Shown: positions 1 to 13,674 of the stretch, piece after piece
Position numbering within the stretch: position 1 is the first letter of the stretch
Layout: each line of letters starts with the position of its first letter
DNA from: Pecten maximus
Lineage: Eukaryota
DNA length: 64,000 nucleotides
NCBI RefSeq assembly: GCF_902652985.1
Contig: NC_047028.1
Coordinates: 9,424,001-9,488,000, forward strand
Reading direction: 5' to 3'
Position numbers and translations under genes: made by a program
The notes under the pieces: model-generated
Database searches by the model: none
What the model was told of the DNA's origin: nothing
What the model saw: the letters and a program-made list of their open reading frames with translations, nothing else

Positions 1-927
1 ATGAGGATGGGGTCTAGACTCCACCAATAGTCAGGTACGTATGAGGATGGGGTCTTGTCAAACACCAATAGTCAGGTACGTATGAGGATGGGGTCTAGAC
101 TCCACCAATAGTCAGGTACGTATTAGGATGGGGTCTAGACCCCACCAATAGTCAGGTACGTATGAGGACGGGGTCTAGACTCCACCAATAGTCAGGTACG
201 TATGAGGATGGGGTCTAGACCCCACCAATAGTCAGGTACGTATGAGGATGGGGTCTAGACTCCACCAATAGTCAGGTACGTATGAGGATGGGGTCTAGAC
301 TCCACCAATAGTCAGGTACGTATGAGGATGGGGTCTAGACTCCACCAATAGTCAGGTACGTATGAGGATGGGGTCTAGACCCCACCAATAGTCAGGTACG
401 TATGAGGATGGGGTCTAGACCCCACCAATAGTCAGGTACGTATTAGGATGGGGTCTAGACTACACCAATAGTCAGGTTCATATGAGGATGGGGTCTAGAC
501 CCCACCAATAGTCAGGTACGTATCAGGATGGGATCTAGACTACACCAATAGTCAGGTACGTATGAGGATGGGGTCTAGACTCCACCAATAGTCAGGTACA
601 TATGAGGATGGGGTCTAGACTCCACCAATAGTCAGGTACGTATGAGGATGGGGTCTAGACTACACCAATAGTCAGGTACGTATGAGGATGGGGTCTAGAC
701 TCCACCAATAGTCAGGTACGTATGGGGATGGGGTCTAGACTCCACCAATAGTAAGGTCCGTATGAGGATGGGGTCTAGTCAAACACCAATAGTCAGGTAC
801 GTATGAGGATGGGGTCTAGACCCCACCAATAGTAAGGTCCGTATGGGGACGGGTCTAGATTCCACCAACAGTCAGGTACATATGAGGATGGGGTCTAGAC
901 TCCACCAATAGTTAGGGTCACATGAGG
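1..927. repeat. 40-bp minisatellite (TATGAGGATGGGGTCTAGACTCCACCAATAGTCAGGTACG), ~23 copies, runs off the window start
   Basis: Directly visible head-to-tail units with few substitutions; degenerates after ~900. Confidence 0.97.
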
Positions 928-2621
928 AGTTGGTCCCCCAACAACCCCCAACATTCAGGTACATATGAGAATCGGGTCTAGAGACACTTACAATAGTATA
1001 ACGCATGCTTAGAAGTAAAGTGATTCGTCTTGGTATGACTCGGCAAAATGACTACTGAATTTAAGTACACAAACAGTAAAATCTTTTTGTTTGCCCTTTG
1101 GTGTGTTAAAGTTCACTATGGCATGTTAAGAACCACTAGTATTTTTTTCTATTTATACAGATAATGATCTATATGAACTAAGAGTCGCCATAACAATACT
1201 TTCCTTTTTTGGTGTTTGTGGTCAGCTTTATTTGGTCAGTGGCTTGCTGTGATCAGTCTGGGGTCAGTCCGTCCGGCCATCTATTATTTGGTCAGTGACT
1301 TCTTATGATCAGTCTGAGCCCAGTCCGTCCGTTAGTCAGTACGTCAGTTATTTGGTCAGTGATCAATTGGTCTGTCCATTCGTCCGGCCATGCGATGCTG
1401 CGTGGTTAGATTTCAGTTTGTCTGCACTGCTCAACATACGTCAGTGGGAGTGCATCAACGATCGATTGTTTAATAAAATATGGCGGACGATCGACTTCCG
1501 GTTAACCTGATGGGGTTGTCTCGGTAGTTTCTTTTACTAATAATAATTTTGCTGATTGTTCCTAACATGCTTGGTTTGTACTGGTCTACCTCTGAGATGA
1601 CCAGACAGTATCGGTGTATCGTGTATATAATGTGATTGATAACATTACGAAAATAACCCTAATCGGTTAGCCAGACGGTGCGGACCTAATACTGGAGATA
1701 TGATCACACCTACATAGACACAGGAGACAGACATATACCGACAACTCACGCTAACCTGTTAATCCATCATCTCACCTACAACTCATACCTCCACTGATCA
1801 AAGAAACGTTGATAATAAAGTCTCGCTTATAATGATGTTTTACGGCTTTTTAACAAGAGAGTTATTATGGAATGTTTGAGTTTAAAGTACTGAATGTTAT
1901 TATTGTACTTAGGGCTTTACCGTGACGCGGGATGATATTTTATAGATTTTAAATCATTTGTGATATGTTAATGATTATGTGTAACATTTTTCTACCTGTT
2001 GAAGCTTCCACACACTTACCGAGTACAGAGGTTGGACAATTCTGGAGTACGTAATAAATAAATCCGTTACTTTCTACAAAATGACTACAGATTTTATGTT
2101 CCTATTGACAATGTATAATTTCAGCGACAATTAATTACTTTTATTTTTTTCATTTTTTATTAACATCTTTTTATTCAGGCAAAACATGTTAATGACTTCT
2201 TATTATATTCAATGGGTATATAATATATGTATACATTAAATTAATCATATAACGTTCTGTTACTCTCAAATTGCATGATGTCTTTTTAAAATGTTGTTTT
2301 CTAAACAAAACCACAAGCGATTTATTAAAAACAAAGAAATCGGAATCCACACATACCGATGGACGTACGATGATTGGGATAATCTAAAGACTATTGTGGA
2401 ATTCAAACTCCACAGCTCCACAGGGAGAGCACGTGCCTTTGTTATCTACAGATTAGTCGCAGTCGTGCAGAACCCAGGAACGTTCTCCCTCTTCCCCAGC
2501 TCCATCGACTGCAGGTGTTTCTCTGATACAAGACGGGTTTATGAAGTGCCAATATTACACATAATGAAGCGAAGCGACATTGGAATGTTGGACAAAAAAA
2601 ATCGGAAATGCCTATACAAAA

Positions 2622-3110
2622 ACAGGTCCGAAAGGCCTGTACAACAACACGTCCGAAAGGCCTGTACAACAACACGTCCGAAAGGCCTGTACAACAACAC
2701 GTCCGAAAGGCCTGTACAACAACAACGCAAACAACAATAACAACAGTTCCGAAAGGCAGGTACAATAACAGGTCCGACTGGCAGGTACAACAATAGGCCC
2801 GAAAGGCAGGTACAACAACATGTTGAAAATGCAGGTTCAACAACAGGTCAGAAAGGCAGGTACAACAACAGGTCAGAAAGGCAGGTACAACAACAGGCCC
2901 GAAAGGCATGTACAACAACAGGCCCGAAAGGCAGGTACAACAACATGTTCGAAAGGCAGGTACAACAACAGGCCCGAAAGGCAGGTACAACAACAGGCCC
3001 GAAAGGCATGTACAACAACAGTTCCGAAAGGCAGGTACAACAACATGTTCGAAAGGCAGGTTCAACAACAGGTCAGAAAAGCAGGTATAATAACAGGTCC
3101 GAAAGGCCTG
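2622..3110. repeat. 25-bp minisatellite (GTCCGAAAGGCAGGTACAACAACAG-like), ~19 copies
   Basis: Visible period of 25; explains the overlapping repetitive ORFs at 2442-3166. Confidence 0.93.
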
Positions 3111-4169
3111 TATCTACAAAATATGAAGAGGTGCGAATGGTCCGTACAAATTACATAACAACATAATAACATAACGTAGGAAAAGTCTGTATAGATTTAG
3201 TATAATTATTGGTCCAAAAAGCTTCCATCCATAAATTAACAACAGGTCCGAAAGACATGTAGTGATGACAGGATATCGGTCATAAAAGTCTGTAGCTGAA
3301 GCAACAGGTTCGAAGAGTCTGTAGCCAAATAAAAAAGACAAGTCCGAATGGAATGAAGCCAAAAGGGGGAAAAAGTGCGAGTGGTTTATTTTGTCGAAAC
3401 TTCTTCAGAATTTTGAAGAGCACGTTGACGGATGTACAGGCGGATGGACGAAAAACGGACTACGATCGCCACAGAACGATAAATATAGCTATGACCCTGA
3501 GAACCAGGCAAGCTTAATGCCCTAAATGTCTATAGCGAAAGCGATATCGTACATTACAACCAAAGCAACATGGTCAATAATAGAGAAATCCACTTTCCAC
3601 AATTTAACGCTCAGGGAAAAACTCCAGTCGTTAGAACACAATAACAACGCAAACCGATATCTTTATCAACATAATTTGCATAAAACCTTAATATATTTTA
3701 CAACGTTGAATCACCAGATACGTCATGTACATGTATATAAGTATACCAGTATGTGGTTAAAACTTCGACAATGAATGGTTTTGTGGTTAGGGAGATAATA
3801 CATGTACATCCTATATATCATGTATAATAATCAAGATAGATATATGATGAATACATAACAAACTTTATCTTTCTGGAATTTCCCGGACCGGAAACCTTTT
3901 CCGGCATTACCGGAAGATATTTACAATTTCCTCTACTCACACGTGTGATAACGCATACATTAAAACGCTTGTAATGTACGACAAACCATGCTAAAAATTC
4001 AAGTATACTATTGATATAGACCTAGGGCAGGGGGGCAATTGTCATCTAAAATATAAAAAAAAAAAAAACTAACGAATTTTAATATTTATTTCGATAAATA
4101 TCTGTAACACTCCATATTGTGGGTATTACTGTGCTTGACAAGTAACAAAGCACACAAGGAAATAATTCG

Positions 4170-4670
4170 TAAAAACGATAGAAAGGACTTCATGTTTCCT
4201 AGAAAAACGGAAATACCTTAGTGCTTGCTAGAAAACGACATAAAGTGTATCTTAAGATGACGGAATGATCCGATCGCTTTCCTAAAATTGACAGAAAGGT
4301 TCAAGTGATCTTCTAACATTACAGAAAGTCCCGAGTGAGAGGTTTCCTCAAAATATGTGAAAGACCCGCGGTTTTTCTAAAAATCACCAAAAGACCCGAG
4401 TGATTTCCTAAATGACAGAAACCCCGAAGGACGAAAAGACACGGATGTTTCATGATAAAAAAGCCAAAGTTGTTTCCAAAAATGACCGAAAGCCTTAAGT
4501 GGTTTGAAAAAATGACGGAAAGTTCCGAGAGGTTTCCGAATTAATGACGGGAAAGATTGAATGGCTTCCTGAAACGTAGTCTGCTTTCTTGCTGCGAATG
4601 CTACGGCCAGTCTGCGCTGGTCGTAGCTTTCGCAGAAGTGAACCAGGCTACCAAAACGACGGAAAGCATG
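4170..4670. repeat. Old degenerate ~32-bp tandem repeat (AAAATGACGGAAAG...GAGTGGTTTCCT)
   Basis: Recurrent GACGGAAAG/GACAGAAAG and GTTTCCT motifs at ~32-bp spacing. Confidence 0.7.
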
Positions 4671-5085
4671 TGTTGCATATTCACAGCGTATAAAGTTACT
4701 ATCGACTAATTGTGCGAGATTCGGTTTTTACAATTGACAGGTAAGTGTGACATTCGGAAACTTCAGTTTGTGGCAAATTTACTGTAACCCGATCTATAAT
4801 AAAGAGATAATTTAACTCGACATTTAAAAGATTATAAATTTTGACTTTGTATTTAAATCTCAAAACTACATCGCTTAATTTTAGAAGTCTATTCTGCCAG
4901 AGATATCGTTAATACCATACGACTTGTAGCACGACGAATCACGGTCTTTCGGAAATTGAAATATTTTTTATGCTTTTCTGAATACGTCGTGCAATATTTG
5001 CACGTTGACCACATTATACTTATACTAATTAACTTTTAAATTTAATTAAAAATATCATATATTTATGACTTCAACTTTAGATTAA

Positions 5086-5575
5086 TTGCCCTGTGTCATA
5101 TGTATTATCCATGAAACACGCCCCTGTGTTATATGTATTACCATGAACACACGCCCCTGTGTTATACGTATTACCTGTGAACACACGCCCCTGTGTCATA
5201 TGTATTACCATGAACACACGCCCCTGTGCCATATGTATTACCATGAACACACGCCCCTGTGTCATACGTATTATCTGTGAACACGCGCCCCTGTGTCAAA
5301 TACATGTGAACATACGCCCCTGTGCCATATGTATTACCATGAACACACGCCCCTGTGTCATAAACATGTGAACACACGCCCCTGTGGCATATACGTGAAC
5401 ACACGCCCCTGTGCCATACGTATCATCCCTGAACACACGCCCCTGTGTCATACGTATTATCCATGAACACACGCCCCTGTGGCATATACGTGAACACACG
5501 CCCCTGTGTCATACGTTTCATCCATGAACACACATTCCTGTGTCATACGTATTATCTGTGAACACACGCCCCTGT
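5086..5575. repeat. ~33-bp minisatellite (CATGAACACACGCCCCTGTGTCATATGTATTAC) with shorter variants
   Basis: Invariant core GAACACACGCCCCTGTG repeated ~15 times. Confidence 0.93.
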
Positions 5576-7696
5576 GATACTACCTGATTGGGCCCTACCG
5601 TGTAATAGTCACGTAAAACAGACGGCCATTATCTGTCAGACCCACAGAGTGGTAGACCACCCTTGGAATTATCTGTGTTCATGGTGTGCGCTCTACAAAT
5701 AGTACAATGACATGAGGCTCTGGAAGCTTGTGTTACATATTTTATACATGCGCATTAAATCTACAGTTTTAAGATTTTTTCCCATCCTTTCCTCTCAAAA
5801 CAATCGCTTAAAACCAATTCAGCGTGACGTGTAATTTGCATAATTTTATCAATATTATATTATATTTATATAAAATTTTATATTAATTTCTGCTTACTTT
5901 TTAGTCCCGTGTCATATATCAATAGATACAATTTCCATTTCCATCTAACATTGATTCTAGCACATGCTCATGATAAATATGACTCTATATCTCAGCTTAT
6001 TTAAAGCAGATGGTGTATTCGTTATAACCATACCAGCAACTAACTGAAGCGATGTCCCAGCATTCTCGGCCATCCTCTAGAGCCTCACGAAGCCATCTGG
6101 GTCTCGGTCTAAAAATCGTTTTGTAACTCTTCAAATATGCCAGGTGAATCTGATAAATTAAAAGTTATCAAATACTTATCAAAGGCCACCTACATACACA
6201 AGTAACAGAGGAGGACAGGTGAGGAAAACCACCAAGTATGAATCACCGCGTACAACGATGTAGGCAGGAATTCCCCCAGAATCGTGGTTCATTTTGAATG
6301 TTAACCTAGTCGCCATAAAAAGGTCAAAATTCAAAGAAAATAACAACAACAACAAATATATATATTTAACTCATAAATTATTAAGTGTATAATCAGTACT
6401 AGGTGGTAACGTAATGTAACTTGTCAATATCATTTCATATGAAGTGTTATGTAGTAACTGTGTACTGTTCTGTTGAGACTTTAAAGTTGTACGAACTTGT
6501 TACCGATCCTATTGGTGACTTGTCAATAAAATACGTTTTAATGAATATTGTTTAATCGAACAGAATGTTCTAAATTACATAGGAATGGTATGGGACAGCA
6601 CCAAGTTTGCTTCGAAAGGTTTGATAGAGTAGAATATTAACTTAGATTTTAAATCGAAAATGAACAAAAAAGTAAGGACAGCTAGGTCCTGGACATCATG
6701 ATATATGGAAAGACGCTCAATACAATATACCTTTTGTATTGAGATTTCGTACGATTTACAGAAAACATTACAGGTCAGACCTCGTCTACGAGGGTAAATC
6801 TCATTGCAACAAACACAGAATTCTATAACGGAACATCCAATTCCGCTATCCCTTGTTGGTTGTGTAAGGTCAAGAACTTTTAAAGGGAAACAAAAAGAAA
6901 GGCGTGCATGTATATGTATAATTTATCAGAACTGACCTTCAAAAGTCATACAATGATTAGTACCTTCCTGCTCGTGCTTTGTCTACCTCTATTGTGACGT
7001 AACGAAGGACAAACGATCACACACATGTTCCAAACAGACACCTACTTAATGCGCAGGCGCGGCCGGAAGCCTTTTTCTAGCGAACGGAAATGTTACCATT
7101 ATTTTTCCGGGACTAGGTCAAAACCAATAGAAAGAGTTGTTTGACGGTCTAGTTTTCCGGCGCTGTTTATTGGGCGTTGCCGATACAATGGTGTTCTATG
7201 TTTTCACACCAGCTGTAATTTGGCATGTTGATCTCTTAGATCTAAAGATGCAGTTTGGCACACTCTTGTTTAGATTTACAGATGTTGTATACCATTTCAC
7301 AAAATGTGACGTCACAATACAGGGGTAAAATGGCTTTCGGCAACATCAAAGACAGTGTAGGTTGTTATCTGTAATTATGGGTCTTGGGGAAACCCTGAAA
7401 ATATAAAAAATGTGAGTTGTAAGTGCAAAGGTACTTTTTCTGCGGAAGGATAATTATGGCAAATGACCAAAACAGGGCGTATTTTTACTCAGCCGTGTGA
7501 GTGCTGACCAGTTCTCCATAGCGCCCTACGCTATCTGTCGTTAACTTTTCATCATATTATATAATGTACTTGAGAAATGTTTCACAACTTCACACTCTGA
7601 CGCCTTCTTCGTTTTTTCATGTAATAATATTCAAGCATAAACTATCAAGCATGAGAATTTAGTCCTAAACGCTGCCTCTGTACTCCCTAGTATACT

Positions 7697-7921
7697 CCCG
7701 CGGTGGCCGAGTGGTTAAGGTGTCCCGACACTTTATCACTAGCCCTCCACCTCTGGGTTGCGAGTTCGAAACCTACGTGGGGTAGTTACCAGGTACTGAC
7801 CGTAGGCCGGTGGTTTTTCTCCAGGTTCTCCGGCTTTCCTCCACCTCCAAATCCTGGCACGTCCTTAAATGACCCTGGCTGTTAATAGAACGTTAAGCAA
7901 AAACAAACCAAACAAACCAAA
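7697..7921 (+). mobile_element. tRNA-derived SINE, family A, copy 1
   Basis: Pol III A box TGGCCGAGTGG, B box GAGTTCGAAAC, shared body ending TAAATGACCCTGGCTGTTAATAG..GTTAA and an (AAAC)n-like tail; near-identical to copies at 11289, 13675 and 28382. Confidence 0.92.
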
Positions 7922-8564
7922 TCCTAGAATAGAATACAGACTACAGGACGGCTGGCCTAGAAAACAGGGTCTAGGACGCATGGCCATATATATGCCTGGT
8001 CAGGGCACGAATCATAAAGTTGCCTTCCTTCGTCAGTTGTGTTACTTTGTTAAATATCAAATAATTAGCGCAATGTATCACATACACTATGTGTTGGTGA
8101 TCCGAAGATAAAGATTTGAATTTATTGTCGTAGTTGTACTGTGATGAATATTTATAATATTTGTGTAATTTGCATCCATGTTTGTAAATAAATTGCGATC
8201 CAGGTATTCATATCATCTAATAGGTGATTTCCACTATGATCATGTCAGGGTATCGTGCCGACCAACTTTTTTAAGAACGCCGATCTGGCGCTCACCATTT
8301 AACCATAGACAAGACGTCAAGAGAGACGTTCAAGAGAAATGAGATCCCAAATTTAGTCGCCTCTTGCTAATCGTGCAATATACAGCTGATACCAATACAT
8401 ACGCCTAACATGCAAAAAGCACATAAAATTAAAATTCTATAACTCAGACCAAGGATCTTAGAGCAACGCCAAATGCCGTTAATACGTAACAAAGACCATA
8501 TGTACAAAATAGCTTGACGTTTCAAACACACACCCAATAGAATATAACACCACAGGTTTATAAT

Positions 8565-9957
8565 AGAGGCATGTAGTCCCTACGCCTTGGGACACAGGTT
8601 TATTACAGAGGACTGTAGTCCCTACGCCTGGGACACAGTTTTATTATAGAGGACTGTAGTCCCTACGCCTGGGACACAGTTTTATTACAGAGGACTGTAG
8701 TCCCTACGCCTGGGACACAGTTTTATTACAGAGGACTGTAGTCCCTACGCCTGGGACACAGTTTTATTACAGAGGACTGTAGTCCCTACGCCTTGGGACA
8801 CAGTTTTATTATAGAGGACTGTGGTCCCTACGCCTGGGACACAGTTTTATTACAGAGGACTGTAGTCCCTACGCCTTGGGACACAGGTTTATTATAGAGG
8901 ACTGTAGTCCCTACGCTTTTGGACACAGTTTTATTACAGAGGACTGTAGTCCCTACGCCTGGGACACAGTTTTATTACAGAGGACTGTAGTCCCTACGCC
9001 TGGGACACAGTTTTATTACAAAGGACTGTAGTCCCTACGCCTGGGAAACAGTTTTATTATAGAGGACTGTAGTCCCTACGCCTGGGACACAGTTTTATTA
9101 CAAAGGACTGTAGTCCCTACGCCTGGGAAACAGTTTTATTATAGAGGACTGTAGTCCCTACGCCTGGGACACAGTTTTATTACAGAGGACTGTAGTCCCT
9201 ACGCCTGGGACACAGTTTTATTACAAAGGACTGTAGTCCCTACGCCTTGGGACACAGTTTTATTACAGAGGACTGTAGTCCCTTCGCCTGGGACACAGTT
9301 TTATTACAGAGGACTGTAGTCCCTACGCCTGGGACACAGTTTTATTACAGAGGACTGTAGTCCCTACGCCTGGGACACAGTTTTATTACAGAGGACTGTG
9401 GTTCCTACGCCTGGGACACAGTTTTATTACAGAGGACTGTAGTCCCTACGCCTGGGACACAGTTTTATTATAGAGGACAGTAGTCCCTACGCCTGGGACA
9501 CAGTTTTATTATAGAGGACAGTAGTCCCTACGCCTTGGGACACAGTTTTATTATAGAGGACAGTAGTCCCTACGCCTGGGACACAGTTTTATTATAGAGG
9601 ACAGTAGTCCCTACGCCTTGGGACACAGTTTTATTACAGAGGACTGTAGTCCCTACGCCTGGGACACAGTTTTATTACAGAGGACTGTGGTCCCTACGCC
9701 TGGGACACAGTTTTATTACAGAGGACTGTGGTCCCTACGCCTGGGACACAGTTTTATTACAGAGGACTGTAGTCCCTACGCCTGGGACACAGTTTTATTA
9801 CAGAGAACTGTAGTCCCTACGCCTGGGACACAGTTTTATTATAGAGGACAGTAGTCCCTACGCCTTGGGACACAGTTTTATTACAGAGGACTGTAGTCCC
9901 TACGCCTGGGACACAGTTTTATTACAGAGGACTGTAGTCCCTACGCCTTGGGACACA
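8565..9957. repeat. 41-bp minisatellite (GGGACACAGTTTTATTACAGAGGACTGTAGTCCCTACGCCT), ~33 copies
   Basis: Homogeneous head-to-tail units with no spacers; each carries a small inverted repeat GGACT-GT-AGTCC. Confidence 0.97.
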
Positions 9958-11288
9958 TTCAGTTACATATTAAGATTTAAATATATGGTTGGTTTTGATT
10001 TTGTTGTCAGGCTTTGGTGTCATACATGTACATGCAATTTACATTTCAATATATTTCAGCATGAAATGTATGCGAGAATGTAATGAAACGATTACAGATA
10101 TTTCAATGGCATATAGATTTCAGGGTTGTCAACTGATATTTTGACAAGGGAGATAATTCTAGCGCCTAAGCAAATGCTAAAGATGGGCGTTGAATTCACA
10201 GGGATTTGACACAAATTTCTAAACAATGCACATTCCATATATTTATGTTATATATCAAGATTATTGGTCCGCTACAAAAAGTCAAAGAATGATAACCTCC
10301 ACAGTATATGGCATTGTTAAACCACTCCACAATGGTAGTTTACTCTAATGTATCCGGAATGGTGTCATACAGCCTTAAAGACCTGTGAACTACATTATAT
10401 TATATCACACGGCTGGCGACAGAAATTTTATACTGATAGAGAAACACAAAAGCATAGATTGTCGCTCCCATCATTAAAAACAATTTGGTATATTAAAAAT
10501 CTTAAAATATGATCAATTGTTTTAGTTTTTATATTAATTTTCTTCGTTTGATGATAAAAAGTGTTTAACAACAGGAAATCGGCGTAATTATGTAGCATTT
10601 AATATCACAACTTGGCACCAGACGAAGGAAAATCCCAGCTATTAAGTTCGTAAATATCAAAACTAAAGTGATCAGTAAAGCTGATGTTAAAATGCTTTAA
10701 TCAGTTTATTTAATATTAGCCCTCAGTCTGTTATGATCCCATGAAAGAAAACCTTGTCTTGTTCTAAATTTGGAACAAGCTGAAGATGGTATGTAAGTAA
10801 CGTCATTAACAATGCCTTAAACATGTGCTATATTAGGATAACATGATAAATATCTTTACACACAGATCTCGACGTCGCACCAGACTTTGTTAAAGATAGA
10901 TGTTAGTACGTGGAGAGTTCAGCAGGTGGACTCGGGGGTAAACAGTGTTTTGAGTGAAGCAGATGAATATTCTACGTTACAACACACAATAAAGGAACTA
11001 AGAGCATACATTCATGTACCCCGAAATCAACTATCAAAACGATCGGTCGTACATAACCCCTATTTATGGGGGAAATCTTAATGAATAGAACATTAATTCG
11101 GTAACGTTTTCCTACGGATAATTTTAAGGTAAGGAATTTCCTTAAGGAACATTCATGAAATTGACCCCTGATAATTTCATGTCATCAACCAATTACAAAA
11201 CCAAGGGAGTACTGCCCTTTCTATAACTCAAATATGCAAATTTGGTGTTCCCTTATGATCCCTGGCGGATCTGCTATTTCCACACCGG

Positions 11289-11521
11289 GGGCCGCGGTGG
11301 CCGAGTGGTTAAGATGTCCCGACATGCTTTCACTAGCCCTCCACCTCTGGGATGCGAGTTCGTAACCCCTCGTAGGGCAGTTGCCTGGTACTGACCGTAG
11401 ATCGGTGTTTTTTCTCCGGGTACTCCGGACTTCCTCCACCTTTAAAACCAGGCACGTCCTTAAATGACCCTGGCTGTTAATCTTTAGGACGTTAAACAAA
11501 ATAAACCAATAAACCAAACGA
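11289..11521 (+). mobile_element. tRNA-derived SINE, family A, copy 2
   Basis: Same head, body and tail as copy 1; flanked by a 13-bp target-site duplication ATT(T/G)CCACACCGG at 11276-11288 and 11522-11534. Confidence 0.92.
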
Positions 11522-12685
11522 ATTGCCACACCGGTTCTCACCTTGAGAATGTTGGATTTCATGTATTTAACCTTGATTTACAATGCGGGCGATATTATGA
11601 AAAATTCTAATCCTTCAGAAAACGTTGTGTTATTCTTCTTCATCTTTAAAAATATAATCGTTGGAATCTTTCTTGTTTAATCATTTATCGTATTATAGAC
11701 TGTTATACTGATCAATGGTTACATTTTGTTAAAATTAGAAATTCAAGAAAACATAAGCATAGGCCACTCAAGCACCATTGATTTTATTTCCTATTCCCCC
11801 TTTTTTAAGCAATGTTGTCGCTCACTAACCTACATTAAGTAAAAGTATTCGTATGATCAATGTTTGTTCTGATAACTTAATAGCTGGAGAATATGAGCAC
11901 GAGAAATTTTAAATGCTTTTCTGTATTGAATAAAAACTTTCAATGCGTATGTACTTTCGCTAAAAAAAAAGGTCAAAAATAATAACATAAATAAGATGTC
12001 CGCCACGTGCCTGATAAACCTTCCTGTGCAGATTATCTAACTTGTCTCCCAGGGTTCAAAGAGTTTAGGAGACCGGAGTGAAAGTGTCGGCGCCGGGAGG
12101 GTGTAATCTTGTCTATAGATACATATATACCGTATGCTGTTTATCAGGAAAATGCCAATTAGTTAAACAAAGACATCAACAGGAAGACAACGCCACGCTG
12201 TATGAACTGCAGTCATTATGAGGTTCATTACATCATGATGAATGCAACAGCGTGTTAGGTCCAACTGATATTACACAGAAAAATACAGCAGACGTCTGTT
12301 CATTTTAATACATGGAAACTGAAAGTCTAAAAGTGTGTAAAAGTAAATGTTGACGAGGAAATATGTTGGAAAATAAAATCAGATAGTAAGATAACAACAG
12401 AACCATGTATAATTTTCCGAAAAACCTGTTAAAGTCCAAATAAATGTTAATCAATTATTGACATTTTTTAGTTGGGTATTGGATTATATATACCCTAGAA
12501 AGAGATTGTTAACCGAGACAACTAGTCTCGTGATTAATGTTATTCTTCAAATCAATAAATAAATGAAGGTTTAATATCAGCCGATACGCAAGTAACTACT
12601 CAATAGATGTGAATGTTTATAATTATAGAAAACAATAATGGGAGTAGGGTACTGCGTCTGACAGAGACCATTGTAACGCTAAAAC

Positions 12686-12776
12686 TGACGTGACGTCATT
12701 ACAACAGACGTGACGTCATCAAAACAGACGAGACGTCATTAGAACAGACATGACGTCATTTAAGATTACCAATCAC
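12686..12776. promoter_or_regulatory. 20-bp tandem repeat forming a CRE cluster, followed by a CCAAT box
   Basis: TGACGTCA at 12691, 12711 and 12751, AGACGTCA at 12731, then ACCAATCA at ~12768. Regulatory function is unproven. Confidence 0.35.
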
Positions 12777-12943
12777 TGAAAATGAAACATCGGCTCATTC
12801 TGTAGTTCTAAAATCTTGAGTTTTGTGCACATACATCATTTTTTTTTTTTTTTTTGAAAGAGAATTAGATAAATAAAGTTGAAAAGTTGAAAGTTCAGAA
12901 AACATGTTTTTAACGATAGACCGCTCTGGCTCCTCTAGTAACG

Positions 12944-13294
12944 TATGGGGCGCCGTTTTACTATTTATTCCCATTTGGTGATATCACCTATTCGAATGAG
13001 TGACATCACCTATTCGAATAGGTGATATCACCTATTCGAATGAGTGATATCACCTATTCGAATTGGTGATATCACCTATTCGAATTGGTGATATCACCTA
13101 TTCGTTTCATTAAGTGATATCACCTATTCGAATGGGTGATATCACCTATTCGAATAGGTGATATCACGTATTTGAAAAATGAATTGGTGATATCACCTAT
13201 TCGAATAGGTGATATCACTGATTGAATAGGTGATATCACTGATTGAATAGGTGATATCACCAAATGGGAATAAATAGTAAAACGGCGCCCCATA
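12944..13294. mobile_element. 351-bp MITE, IS3EU-like termini (TAT..ATA) with 6-bp TSD, filled with palindromic 21-22-bp repeats
   Basis: Perfect >40-bp TIRs TATGGGGCGCCGTTTTACTATTTATTCCCATTTGGTGATATCA; GTAACG duplicated at 12938-12943 and 13295-13300. Superfamily assignment is from the remembered TAY..RTA/6-bp rule. Confidence 0.88.
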
Positions 13295-13674
13295 GTAACG
13301 CTCCACAGTTCTTTGGGCTGAAAATAAGCGCTTAGGAAAAAACCACGTGGACCGAACACTTCATGTTTTCTTACTCGGTCAGGCTTAATCAACATAAATA
13401 TATGAATTCAATTTAAATTGAATTAAAACAATCTTTATTTGATCAGTTTCCAAGTCGCTGCATGTTGATTCAACAGTTAGGAGAAAGTATGGCACTGTTA
13501 ATTTCACTGTATCTATAAATAGTATACACAGCCATCCCGAAGTTTAACGCCATTTAAAGTTCAGTGGGTTTTAACATTTCATGTTTAAAATATCAACACA
13601 TGTCAACTATACTACAGTTTTTGTAGATTGTACGACACCCACACAACCAAAGCATATAACCTATTCAAAGAGAA

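Noticed and set aside
2291-2620. 149-aa plus-strand ORF or a minus-strand exon ending at CG|GTATGT
   Set aside because: No recognisable domain; the ORF is lengthened by a repeat, and the minus frames contain stops.
7697-7785. tRNA-Ser/Leu-like gene (also at 11289, 13675, 28382)
   Set aside because: A and B boxes are present, but I could not fold a proper acceptor stem and each copy continues into the same body, tail and TSD, so these are SINE heads.
8340-8380. TTAGTCGCCTCTT, resembling the Nin/Deu SINE domain
   Set aside because: Too short and degraded to define boundaries or assign confidently.
8565-9957. CRISPR-like appearance of 30-41-bp partly palindromic repeats (also 1-927, 20135-20762, 49764-54605)
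   Set aside because: Units are head-to-tail with no unique spacers, there are no cas genes, and the context is eukaryotic.
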